DNA of 64,000 nucleotides from Perkinsus olseni (Eukaryota): NCBI GenBank assembly GCA_013115125.1, contig JABANN010000106.1, positions 1 to 64,000 of the forward strand, read 5' to 3'. Shown piece by piece: positions 50,555 to 62,780 of this stretch (position 1 is its first letter; each line of letters starts with the position of its first letter). The notes under the pieces were generated by a model. It saw only the letters and a program-made list of their open reading frames with translations, ran no database searches and was not told where the DNA came from. The position numbers and the translations under genes were made by a program.

Positions 50555-51043
50555 CTATGCCACCAGACCCACCTGGGAATCCCCATCGTGCGTGCCGGAC
50601 TTGAGCATACTCTGCTCGAACGCTGACAGCTGGCGCATGAACCCCGAGTTGGGGGAGCTCTCCGGCCTGACCCTTCGAATCTGATAACCGCATATCTCCT
50701 CCAAGCCTCTCCATTGTAGTATTACGTGCGTGAATGCCAATCGCAATGGCATGTGACGGGCATAGACCAGATACGCGAGGACTACTGCGACCGATCGTGA
50801 CCTGAATCCAGCCTCCCTGACCGCCGCCCTCAATATTCCGCTGATGGTGCGGGTGTCCAGTACTCGAACAGTGTGGACCTCAACAGCTACTAGAATGACC
50901 TTATCCTCATCACAGCCCACGCCTTCACAGTAATAAATACTGACGAAGGACCTCTCCCGTGTTGCTACCTCCCCGCAAAGCAATGTACGAAAACTGAATG
51001 GCTTGGACTCTGGTTCAGGGATGATGCAATCCACGATAGACAC
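50555..51043 (-). CDS. Dual-specificity phosphatase-like (partial model)
   Basis: SRSVAVVLAYL and RRVRP..SPNSGFMRQL motifs; catalytic HC not clearly located. Confidence 0.6.
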   Translation of the reverse strand: MSIVDCIIPEPESKPFSFRTLLCGEVATRERSFVSIYYCEGVGCDEDKVILVAVEVHTVRVLDTRTISGILRAAVREAGFRSRSVAVVLAYLVYARHMPLRLAFTHVILQWRGLEEICGYQIRRVRPESSPNSGFMRQLSAFEQSMLKSGTHDGDSQVGLVA

Positions 51044-52318
51044 TCAGGCAATATCTGAACAACACCACAGCCTTCGAATGACCATCACACTGGGCAGACA
51101 TATTCAATAATCATCGAGCTCATCGTAGCACGTCCATCTCGTGGAACATTCTCAGAACGTGTCTAGCGTCCAACGAATACCAACGGAAACTCTAGTGATG
51201 CCGAATCCAAACACTGGTGTACCACTAGAGAAGCTCCCAGAACGACTACATCCCCTTCCTCACATCGAGGAGACTCTCTGATTCTGAATCCAAAATCTGC
51301 ACCGAAAAATACGTGAACTTGTCTTTATGCATCGGTCTGAACGACGGGAAAATAAACGAACAAAAATCGCTTCGCTCCGCCCTCACTTTATTCCCGTTGC
51401 AACACATAGTATATGAGTGATTCCGTTCTTCTGTAATTCTTCAACGTTCAACGCTCCGCCTATCGACCCGATGAAGAGTCGATCCGCTACTTTGTGGACG
51501 TCTGACGTGGTATGGACAGATATCTGCACGCATGCACAGCGGCCACCATTTTACCATTATCCGCCTTGACCGTCTGCAGCACCATCAACCCTCGGAGCAT
51601 TGACTTCTTAGTTTTGGTATCAACGTCATGGAAGGGCACCTGCCATGACCAGATCATGCACAAGCTGGTCGAACGTTCTGATCACCGATGTGCTCAGAGT
51701 AAGGCGCATAAATATTCCGAAGAAAAACGAACCCTTCGAGAAACTATTTTTTGCTCTTTCTAGGACAATGTCCCGTCAATAAAAGAGACTCCACACCCAT
51801 AAAGAATAGCAAAACCAACACATTGAAACCCGAACGCTACCAAGATGTGAAATCAACCCCAACGAAGATACCCTCATGCCTACCTGACTCGGATGCATCC
51901 CATTCAAGTAAGAATTCGTAGGACTGCGGCATCCACTCGATTGTGCTATCTGAACAGCAGCGATACATGCTCAAACTCACGGTGCAACCTTGCTAACTTG
52001 TATTTCCTCAACGCCCCCCTCCGTACTACCTCACCCTCCCTTCTACTGTACTGCTTCTCAAGGGCCTCATAGCTCGCCGGCCCTATCGCCGTCTGCGGGC
52101 TGATCGCCACTGACATACTTCCCTGCACAATACCGGGAATCTCTTCTTCAAAAAATAACTACGAGAAAAACATCGCTCCGCTGACACTCAGCTTCTTCAG
52201 AAACCCTCTCTGAGTGCACAACTCGAGACGAGAAACCGTTCCATTTTTGAAACTGTCACCTAAAAGTGGCTTCTGGTCATCACCCACAAAAACAAGCCTA
52301 AAAATTGTTCTCCCTCAT

Positions 52319-55300
52319 CTACAGCAATTGCGGTGCTTCCGCGATGGGCTTCTTTGCTTCGCTCCGCTTAGCCGACGACTTTTTCTGGCTCTGCTTCTGC
52401 TGCTGCTTCCTCTGTATCAGTGTGATGCGATCCCCCAGACTGAGTGCTATGCCCTGTGTTCTGGAACGGATCCTGACACTGCCGCTTAGAGAGCCGTCAG
52501 GATTCTTCTCTAGTGAGACGTTCGCCAGAGCGTCCTCACCGAAGATCGATCGGGCGTATCTGAGGATATGGATCGAGCACAAAAGAGTAACTATCGACAC
52601 TCTTGGTTCCCTAGCGCTCATCCGGAGGTATCTTAGGTTGACCTCGGGGCCACATAGCGTCGAAGATTCCTTCATCACTTGCGCACTCCAGTCTTATTAC
52701 AGGTTAACGGCCACGAACTTGGACTGTGGGCCGAGCAGCTTCGACAGGCTACTGGACTCATTCAGCTCCCTCGCAACTTCTGCCTTGACCAACGCCTGAA
52801 GAGGCACGACATTCGGATGTCGTGATGCGGCAGATCCAGACGCTGTCATATGGAATTTCATTCTTCGATGTAACAGACGGAGAGTCGCCTGATAGTCTAT
52901 TCTCTTCTCTTCACCTTCTTCGCAGTGTGAGTGTCCTCTCCTGACTTCACACTAGCACGAACCTAAAAATCAACGATACGTGAATCGCTTCGCTCCGCTC
53001 AAACTGCCGCCATACCTCCCTCCTGCCAACGATGCTCATATTCGTGTTCTCCATAAGGTTGGCTAAAAACTTCCGAGGCTCCACACTGGTGTTGGTGATA
53101 CTGATCTTGTTCTCCCACTCAAATTCGGACCTGTCGCCAAAAATTTCCAACATGCAGACGGAGCGAAGCAAAAGATATGCCTTACCACATGGTTCTGAAG
53201 TTCAACTCATTCACCCAGGCTCTCTCAATGTAGTCCAAAATATCAACATGAAGCTCGTTCAAAACCAAAGATTCCTAAAACGTATCTTTTCACCCGCAAA
53301 AAACTGCCTCAACCTCCCTCACCTTATCGTCAGCCGACTTCATATCGTAGGCGACATAACCGTAGATAACGCCGGTCTCAGTCGACGACACCTTGATCGT
53401 CGCATAAACAACAGCATGAGCACCCGGTGCCAGTGTAACACACTGAGGCCTCTCAACGATCTTCAAGTCACCTACAATCGACACTATTGAGACACTGATC
53501 GACACTTTCACTATTAAGCTCTCACCTTGAGTACTCAGCTCAACCTGAATGTTCTGCAGAGTCGTGTTCGTACGGTTGAAGACATTCAATTCCAACACCT
53601 GCAACCAACGACAAAAAACAAGTATCGCTTCGCTCCGCTGAGAATTATCTCCACAACGATGATCTTACCAAGTCGAAGCTGTGCACACGGAGGAAGCCCT
53701 CAACGTAAACAGGATCCGCCAGACCGGTCATGGGCAATACCCTGAACAAAGGACGATGTTCACTAAGAAGAGCTTCCTCTTCGAGTCCTCTCAGAAGAGC
53801 CGCAGTGGTAACGGGGTAAATGATTTTTCCTCCGCTGTGAACCCCCGCGCTGGAGCCGACAGATGCCCTCAGATCACGAGGAGACGCTTATGAAAAGAAC
53901 GAAAAGAGAGCAGATTTTGAACTGAGACTGACGGGAGTCCGTTGCCCGCCGAACAAGCGCTCCAACGAGTGGCCCCGAGCGTCGAGTCAAAAAATAAATT
54001 ATCTCCACCGTACGCAGGCGGCGCGATCGACCTCTCTAAAGCCCCTACTTGTCCAGTCGTTCAGCAAATAATGCGCCAGTCTCGAATTCACTGGTCGGAG
54101 AGCCATCAGTAGTCGAGGCGGTTATCATGGAGCTGTCGTCACTTTGGAAAAGGTCACAGCCGCTGTCGTCACCATCGTCATCCACAGTAGCACCTAGAGG
54201 TGTGAAACGCCGTTCCCAGGGATCGAACTCGAGACCACCGCTCTCGGACAGGGCAGGGGTGCTCGTCCGCTCAACTACCTGGCTTCAACTGTCTGAAGAA
54301 GACGAGGTCGTCCGGTTGTTTGCTCGTGTCCCGCATGGTGCTCTCCTCGGCATTAGCTGGGTCTTCTCCCGCTTCCAACTCCAGGACCTAACAAGAACAG
54401 TGAAATATCGCCGGTGGGAGTCGAACCCGAGACCTTCTGCCTACCTGTTTCAGGGCGTTCCTTGCCTGGTTACCCGATCCCCACTCGCGCTGACAACTGC
54501 GCTCGATCTGAAGTGGACAGAGGTACGCCGATGAGTCATGAATCGATGCACGGGGGTATCGAACCCGGGACCTACACTCTTGTTCGGGGCGACGATTGCC
54601 CTAACGCACTGAGTTAATCGACTGACAGCATCAGTATCGGTGACTCTGCCATTCACCGCTCCACTTGCCGATGCCTCAACGTCGCTCGCACCTGAAAAAG
54701 TCTCATGATACGCCTATCCTGAGAGTATCTCGGGCTGACTCGTGCAAGATACAAATAAGGTCGACTCGAATCCGGCACGTAGCACGAATGCTCACCTTCC
54801 TGCTTTGAGACGTTCTCACAGAGCCTCACCAGATTGGCAAGAAGGAAGCAAATCTGATTCTTCAGAACCACAGGGCAGCTGTGAACTAAATAGAAACGTG
54901 AAATCAAGATTTCTCCGCTCCGTCGTCGGAGTAGCTGACTTACGAACTCCTCCCTTGACGAGCAGTTTAGTGGCAGTTACTCCGACCATCGTGGCCAACA
55001 GCGAGTCTCCCTCGGATATCAGTTTACCTGAAAAAGCAGAGCTCCGACTTGACCTCTTTTGCATCTCGCACGCTCAACCCAAAGATATCCCCCTAACTAC
55101 GCATCGGGGTCTTCGACTCCTTATCATTCCTGTCCTCCTCTGCCGCACTGCCGCCGTCATACCTAATCCAAATTGACTAACTTCAGCTCTGTCGGGATGC
55201 TAACCAATCATACACTGTCTCGTTGGCGTATGTGCCGTCCGCCAATACCACCGTTCGGGTGGTGACCTTGGTGCCTGAGAAGGGAAAGACGGTAAACCAT

Positions 55301-58300
55301 ATTCACTTGGAGATGCACCCATGATGTAGGATCAGTCCAAAGATCGGATAAACAAGATACTCGACCGTTCAACATAGCCGGAGACTCGTGAGCAAATACT
55401 CTATGGCCTTGAGGGCGATAGTCTCACTCACGAGGCGAGTGCTATATGGAAAGATAGCAGGGACGAGGATACCATGGTACGCGATAGGTACGAAAGATAC
55501 TCTATCACGTCACGGGGTCGGCGCGGACTAAGAGACATCCTCACCAGTTTCGGCAGGCTGCTTTGCCTTCTCTTCCTTCTCTCCATCCGTGGACTTCGGT
55601 TTGATCGGGAATGGCGACAAACAGTCGATGATGATCTCCTCCAGGACGCACTGTGAAAGCTCCTTGCCACAGTCTGATAACACAGTCTGATATCATCATC
55701 ACCATCGTAACACAATAAATCTGCACGCATGTACAGCCAGGTGAGACATACCAGGTGAGAACTCTCCCAGCAACCAGAGGGACCCTCTGATCACGCGCGA
55801 CTGGCGTATCTCATTCAAGCTCTCCGCCTAAAAAAGGAATCTTCCTCAAGTGCAACAACCATGCTCTTACCAGTCGAGTTAAGATACTCTCACGAAGCTG
55901 TTCATGACGGATAATAGTCTCTCTTACAAACATGACAATGTCCGCCGCCACCGCTGCCGAATCTGGAAGAACAAAACTCACAAACCGAACGCAGTAAAGG
56001 AAATCAGATCGGGTAGGCCAAAAGCCATGCCGCGAATGCGAAGTGAGTTGGCACGGCCCCATTCAACCTAGCAAACCTCATCCTGAACGCACGACAATCC
56101 TGCGCTCCTACTTCAACAGCATTCGAGGGAAAATCAAGGCAGCACTAGTCCGACGGGAGATGGAATGAGCGACAGTAGTAACGCTAATCGTGAGACTACC
56201 ACTACTACCGGATGCCTTAACATCAGTCTGCTCGGTAAGGATGTCCAACAACACGGAGACCACTTGACTGGCGTATGTAGCATCACCAACACGTGTTGTG
56301 CTCAGGTGTAGGGCTCTTATGAGGAGACGGCGATACTGACAGGAGAACTGAGTGAGGCTCGGCTAGCACGACGTCTTCATCAAAAAAAATTACGAGGTCA
56401 CTCTGCGTACTTCGCAGCGATAAGCCCGCCACGAGAAAAGCAATCCCCAGAGGATACGACCGGTGAAAGAATTTTTCGGAAGAACACGCTCCCACAAAAT
56501 AAGCGGAAACAACCGATCGGTCCCTGACCTACCTCGGTATTGCCCTCCGAAGTGCTGGTATCTTGTGTCTTGATAAGTTCCTTCTTCAACATACCAACAA
56601 CGTCGGCAATGTTACGGCTGTTCACCTGCGTACACTACTAGCTAACCTCCACACCACCGACGAGCAAAATTGGGCCGACCCAAAAAAGGATACATGATGC
56701 TCAGTCAATGACGATAAGGACAGCGGCTAGAACTATTTACACCACACACATACCGATCTGAGTCCGGCTACCCCACCCAAGAAAAACCGGAAAATCACGA
56801 AAAAAATTCTCGCTTTCTCAATTCAGTTCACAAGCAAGGCTCGGCAGATCTCTTCACAACCACCGAACGGCTCCACAAACCCCACAAAATACAATTGAAC
56901 TCCGCCAGCTGTCCAACGATGGAAGACTTGCTGATGACCAGCTCAACAAAAGCTACTACCAGCGGTGTGCAGATATCCAGTATCTTCCTCCTGACCTCCA
57001 CAGCAGGGCATGAGAGTCCACGCAGCAAATCCATGACCAGCGGCTCCATAGCCTATCATGACGATGCATGTGGACATGCAGGTCGGGAGAACCGATGGCA
57101 GCCTACTACCTGTTTATAGCGCTTCCTTAGGAGGTCTATTCTGTCGAGTACGATAAGCTTGACATTATTATCAGCTTGGGTTACGACCAGGTTAACATAT
57201 GCCTCGGCAGCTGACAGCAGATACACGCATGAAGGCAAGCAATGGAGGGCAAAATAGCGGACAAGTGTACGAAGAAGGCTATGTTACATTCCTCAACTGG
57301 GATCAAACCTCATGTAGGTGTATAGTTCGGAAAGCCCGCCCGAAACCTTTTCCTCACAGATTCATAGTCAGGTGCCGATAATGTTCTCAACAATAAGTTC
57401 GTATATGAGATTTATCTATTCGTCAAAGAGTACGCTAGCCCTGCCCAGTCTGTCGTCTTACCGGCGCCAATGGCGACATGAGACTTGGATAGAATGACCA
57501 GGGTGTTGGCGGTCTCGTACTGAACAGCTGGGCTGGGGGACTCCCTCAAAGTGTATACAACCTGAACATCCCGCATAGTTTAGAACCTTCGACCTCACGA
57601 TATACAACCCAGCGCATTAACCCACTAATCTGCCACACCGTGGAATATCCTACCTTCAACAGCGCTCCCTTCACCTCCGGACGGTGCTTATTGACCCTCC
57701 GAATGAGCTCGAGAATCACCAGCTGGCAAATATCACCCAAGTTAGCTACTTGGTCCTGAGAACACGAAATATCTCTGAGACAGCGATCAGCGGCGCATCC
57801 CACCTGCATCGAGAATACATAACTCATCGCCTTCTCCTCATTATGGGGCGTCAACATCAGCATCAGAAACGCATTACGCTTGGTCGACAGGTCGCCCTCG
57901 ACCTAAACACACAACAAAGATACCATTCTCTACCGAAGCCGAGCCACTACCAATAATAAGTTCTCCACTTCTTGTGACGCAGTGGGCATCATCTCCTCTC
58001 CGAAAGTGCTCACGATAGCGTAACTGCCCGGGCAAAAGTATCTCCCATAAAGAAGCGTAAAACCCCTCCGTTGTATATTACACGCACATCACCGCGTTCC
58101 TCCGAACGTAGCTGTGCCGATGCGTCAAGTTCCGCAGTATGGCCTCGGTAAGAGGCTCGAGGATACGGTAATACTTCAACTTACACAGCAACCGTAGTGT
58201 ACCTATAGCAACGATGAGGATGGTGTCACGCGACACGAAATTGCCCAGTCTACTTCCCCTGACGTATTCGTTAGGGTGCATGAGATCGTTCCGAAGGGCA

Positions 58301-58829
58301 TTGACGACGAGTATCATTTCTTCCTTGAGACTGCCATCATCGTTGGTCTTCTCGCAGAGCTCCCAATAGCTGACATGATGCCATCAGAATACTCGAGAGT
58401 GCCCTATGAGAAATTTACTACATCATCAACAGCTTCTTCACCCGATGGTCCTGCTTGGGCACGACGAACCTGAACCGTGGGGATGATGAGAATACGTTCT
58501 GATAGAAAAATGGTAAAAACCAATTACCGTATCATCGTCATGAGTAACCTTGGATACGACTCCCCATTGATCATTAATAATAGGAGCTCCTCCAGCACAG
58601 CAATCAGCTTATCAGAGTTACGCTGGTTGGCCGCGCATGCCTGCCGAAACATCGTCACTGCGCCATGAAATCCCTCATCTATCTACAGTACATTTTCTAT
58701 GCGTTTTTGCAGCTCCTGCTGCGTCGGTGGTACCCCTTTGTCGTAGTAAATGAGTAGCGTGCATCCCTGGGGCCCTCCCGCCTGCTGCTGTTCGGTCGGA
58801 CTGTTAGCGGCAGTTGGAGTGACGGACAT
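52319..58829 (-). CDS. COPB1: Coatomer subunit beta (beta-COP), many exons
   Basis: [105 protein letters not shown]. Confidence 0.95.
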
Positions 58830-60537
58830 GAGTGACCACCAAGAAGTATTTCCGAAAAATCTGAACTCGAGTTGAGAGTCCTTCCGACGGCCTTCCACCA
58901 CTGATGCTCCACCAACACGCAGAAGTGCTACCTTGCTAGTCTTGTACAATCTTGCATTTCCTCAACGCTTGACTCGTCACGCGCCACGAAATTGTCTTTG
59001 TCTCGGGATCGTGACATGCGCTCTGTTGATTTGCAGTTGAGCTGGTCCCGCCATGGGTGGTGACATCTCCGTATTTAATAGAGACTACTACGATGACCGG
59101 AATGACGCGGTGGACACAGGAAGAGGGCATCATGCTAGGCAAGGGTACTACTACGGGGACGGATGCGAGGCAGTGAGGATGATGATGGTGGTCTGCCTTT
59201 GCCGTATGGCTGGATTGCTGCGAGAGATGGTATGGTACTGGAGTCGTAGGCAAGGCAAAGGGGCTTTTTTATTGGCGCAGAGTACTAGCAGTAGCTGGAG
59301 GAACAGCGGAGTGGGCGAGAGGCCTTCGTTCGACGCAATCAGTTTAATACGATCGTAAGCATGCAGTAGAACAGACTGCGGGCAGGTCAGTAGGTCCTAT
59401 AGGGGCCGCGAAGCATATACTTAAGTATTATATAACAAACTAACAGCTGCACTCCAGTCTATGTGTGAGTGTAGCCGTTATTTTAGGATTGGGGTCAGCT
59501 GTGATCTCAGACTGTGAGATCCTCGGCGAAAATGTATGACGTCTTCCACTACAACCCACGCATGGTTGTTACGACCAGGTTGTAACGTATGCCACGCACC
59601 TTTCGCCAGTACTTTCATCATCACACTGTTTCTTCTCCGTCAGGACCTCGCTGGATCATCGATCGCTTCCACCGGAACTGCGCGCGATAGGAAGGTGCCG
59701 GAAGTCCACCATTCTGCGACGATCAGCGGTAGCGGAGCGATGCTAGATTCCCACTAGCTATACCGCTCCCCTTCTTCAGGTTCTCATACTCAGGCATATG
59801 CGTGCCTGTCCACGACGGTGCATCGACCACCCGAGGTGCGGTCAGAAGTGCCTCGTTCTGGACCAGGAACTGTAGTAATCGGTGGATTGTGGACCTTCCG
59901 TTCTTCCTGTGGTTTCGGTTCGCTTTCGGAAAGTTAGCGTGGTGCTTCTTCTTCTGCATCATTGATGAGGACAGGGATTCCGGGGCCTGTTTTTTTGCTT
60001 CGCTACGCTTGAGATTTGGGTGCCTCAGGTACAATTCGGTGCCTGCGTTTTCCTTGCATGGATGCTGCGAGTGTCTTAACCCGCTGGTAGCTGCTCGGTC
60101 AGAACTCGACCATAAACGGGAGTTGTTGGCCGGGCCGCCTCTACCGGTGCCCCTCCATGAAATTCAAGGATACCTTCGGGAATGTGTCCGGTAATAAGGA
60201 AGCATGCGTCTCTCTTCACGTCTGGATTCGCGGTGGTGTTTCGCAGGAGACTGTGCCGTGATTGGTAGTTTTTAATAGCATAAGGTCCTGCAATGATACC
60301 GCATGTTTACGAGACTTGAGTCTGTGTGAGGCTTGCTTTAATGAAACTAGGATTCATGTAGTTAGCGTCGTTCGGTTTACTCTTATGTGCATACCGATGG
60401 TGACGTGGCGGTGATGATCGGGGTCAGAACGGCTGTATGATTTCGGTTCTTCGGCAGTACGCGGGAAGGGCGAATTGGGTTGGTGTCTCTGCGGTAGTGG
60501 TGGGCAGAAGGAGGGTATGTACTCGTTGGGTTTATTA

Positions 60538-61100
60538 GGTACTTTTCTTGCTGCAATGAGCTCATAGTCATCGCCACGGTGTATGCCTGTCGATTTGCTG
60601 AGAACGTATGCATGCGCCATTGGAATTGGCGTATTATTGTTGCCGTAAGCGTCTTTTTGGCCTGTAAGGTAATACGGCGGGCTCGCTCTCGTGAGGTCGC
60701 GGGTTCTATTCCCATGCTGGGCATTTTCACCACACTTCCTGGTCTCAGGTGTGGGAAGACTATTGTCTTTTTCTGTCCAATTTGCAAGACTGTTTTATCT
60801 ACCTTAGCAAGTAGGCATCAATTTCGTGGCGCGCGAAGATGAAAATTCCTATCAGGTGCGGTCTGATTCAGCTCGGAGCCTATGGCGGCGGACCGCCACT
60901 GTACAGGCTCAAAAAGCTCGAGGCCTTCGCATTAGCCGATATACTTCAGTGGAATGTGAATATTCAGTCACCCGAGTAAGCGAAAGGTCCCCGGTTCGAA
61001 TCTCTGCACGTTCTATTCTCCCCTGTCGCAGATACTATGAATTTTATTTCTGCTTGGAGCAGAGCAGCATAGGGACTTCTCAGGGCAGTATTCGGAGCGT
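60538..61100 (+). CDS. Cyclin Y/PHO80-like cyclin (supported core; gene extends further)
   Basis: ELIVIATVYACRF..WNWRIIVAVSVFLACK and LEAFALADILQWNVNIQSPE|YYEFYFCL after removing intron 60976-61031. Confidence 0.7.
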
Positions 61101-62780
61101 CGGCGGTCTCCGGAGACTATCTACTACACCGGATGCGGTCGGTCATCGGGCTGCCCTCGCGTTTGGTATTCGCTATGCCACGGAGCCCCTCGCATGGATA
61201 GTTGGGCTGTCATGCGTGAATTTCATAGTTCCCTCAGGACTCTGTTATACTAACATCAAGTGGCGATGCTCTGGTAGTAACCAATGTTGACCAGTGAGTA
61301 TCGCATCTCAAAAGATTCTCAGTGAGTTAACCTTCTAGGCCACTAACTTTTTCCAGATCTTCTCGGTACTCAACACCCGGCACTACTCGGGACCCGTCAG
61401 CCCGCGTATCGCCAGTATCTTTGCAGTCCCTGATGCTGCGGCGCCGAGGCAGTAGGACGAGAGTAAGAAAAATCCCGTTACTTGACTTGGTCGTTTGGAT
61501 GCCTTATTCGCTCAGGTTTCGGCGGGTCATAGGTTGGTAGTGCCAGATGAGTATCTTCGGCACGCATGCACAGAATCTATAGGCTGCGCAACTCGGCCGG
61601 TGAGTGTTTATCACCTCTATCTTCCACTGCTCCTCACACCTCGACAGGCGTTCTCGGTCTGTTGATCACGCGAGCAATCCCCATTGCACGAGTTTACTCG
61701 CCACTGGTCCTCCTGAATGCGAAGTATTCTGTGTTCTCTTGAATGGTCTCAAAGTCGCGAAATTACTGATTTCGGTTTCTACCTGAGAGGTTAGCGGGAA
61801 GATATGAGATTGACCCACCCCCCTCTAGAAGGAGCCGACGCATTCGATGCATGCTATCGCCGCCATCAATTTCTTTGCGACCTGTCATCTCCAATTTTCG
61901 GTTGAGCTCCGCTGTCTCATTCTCAGGTGCGCAAGTCATGGGTGGAGAGATGTCCTTCGCTATGTGACCCGACAGCAGCTGAGCTGCGTCGCCGTTCGTT
62001 GGACAAGGGGAATCCTTTCGTAGGCAACTGGGGTAAGCCAAAGGTCGCGGGTTCGACCCCACCAGTCTGCGTGTTCCCCACATATCGTTGAGTATATCGA
62101 AGTCTTGTTCAGCTCATTCCCCGCCAGCCGAGCCTATGGTGTCTCTTCGAGTCCTCTCTACTAATGGGGGCATGGAGGCGTCGCCGAAGGCTAAGAGGAC
62201 CGTTGGGATGCTGCCTGGAAGAGCCGCTTGCTTGTAGATATGTTCGTACGACCCGATACCATAACTTCCTGACTTCCCGCGCGATCGAGGCTCACCTCTG
62301 TTAGTTTGATGTCTTGATTGTATGCGGAGCGGGAAACGATTTAGTGCCTGTCTGCTGGACTTCATTCTGTCTCAATATGATTTGTTTTCACCGTGTAGAG
62401 TATCTTACGGTCGAGCGTGCTGGATACAAAAGAGGTTAGACCTGAGCCGATGCTGTACATACCCACAATCGCCCTTTGTAACGTCTCAGACTTTTCTTTG
62501 AATTCGATATAATTCTGTTCCAATTCAACTTTTCACTTTCTATCACTCTCCCAGCCACTTGCGTTCTCATGTACAGTCGTCTTTAATCAAACACTAGATG
62601 AGGCCACTATGCCGCGTGGCTCTGCGGCCTCATTTTGGCGTGTTGGATTTCCCCGTTACAGGTTGTGGGAGTGCTGGCTGGCGTGTATCTTCGGGCCCTA
62701 GCTGTTCGGTCGTCTGCAGCGGATATTAGGTTCATCTCAGTTGTACGTATATTCCTTAACTTTACACTACTGTTACTAAC

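Noticed and set aside
54194-54620. Functional tRNA genes inside COPB
   Set aside because: Acceptor and T stems do not pair fully, and in two cases the 5' half would be coding exon; reported as tRNA-like fragments instead.
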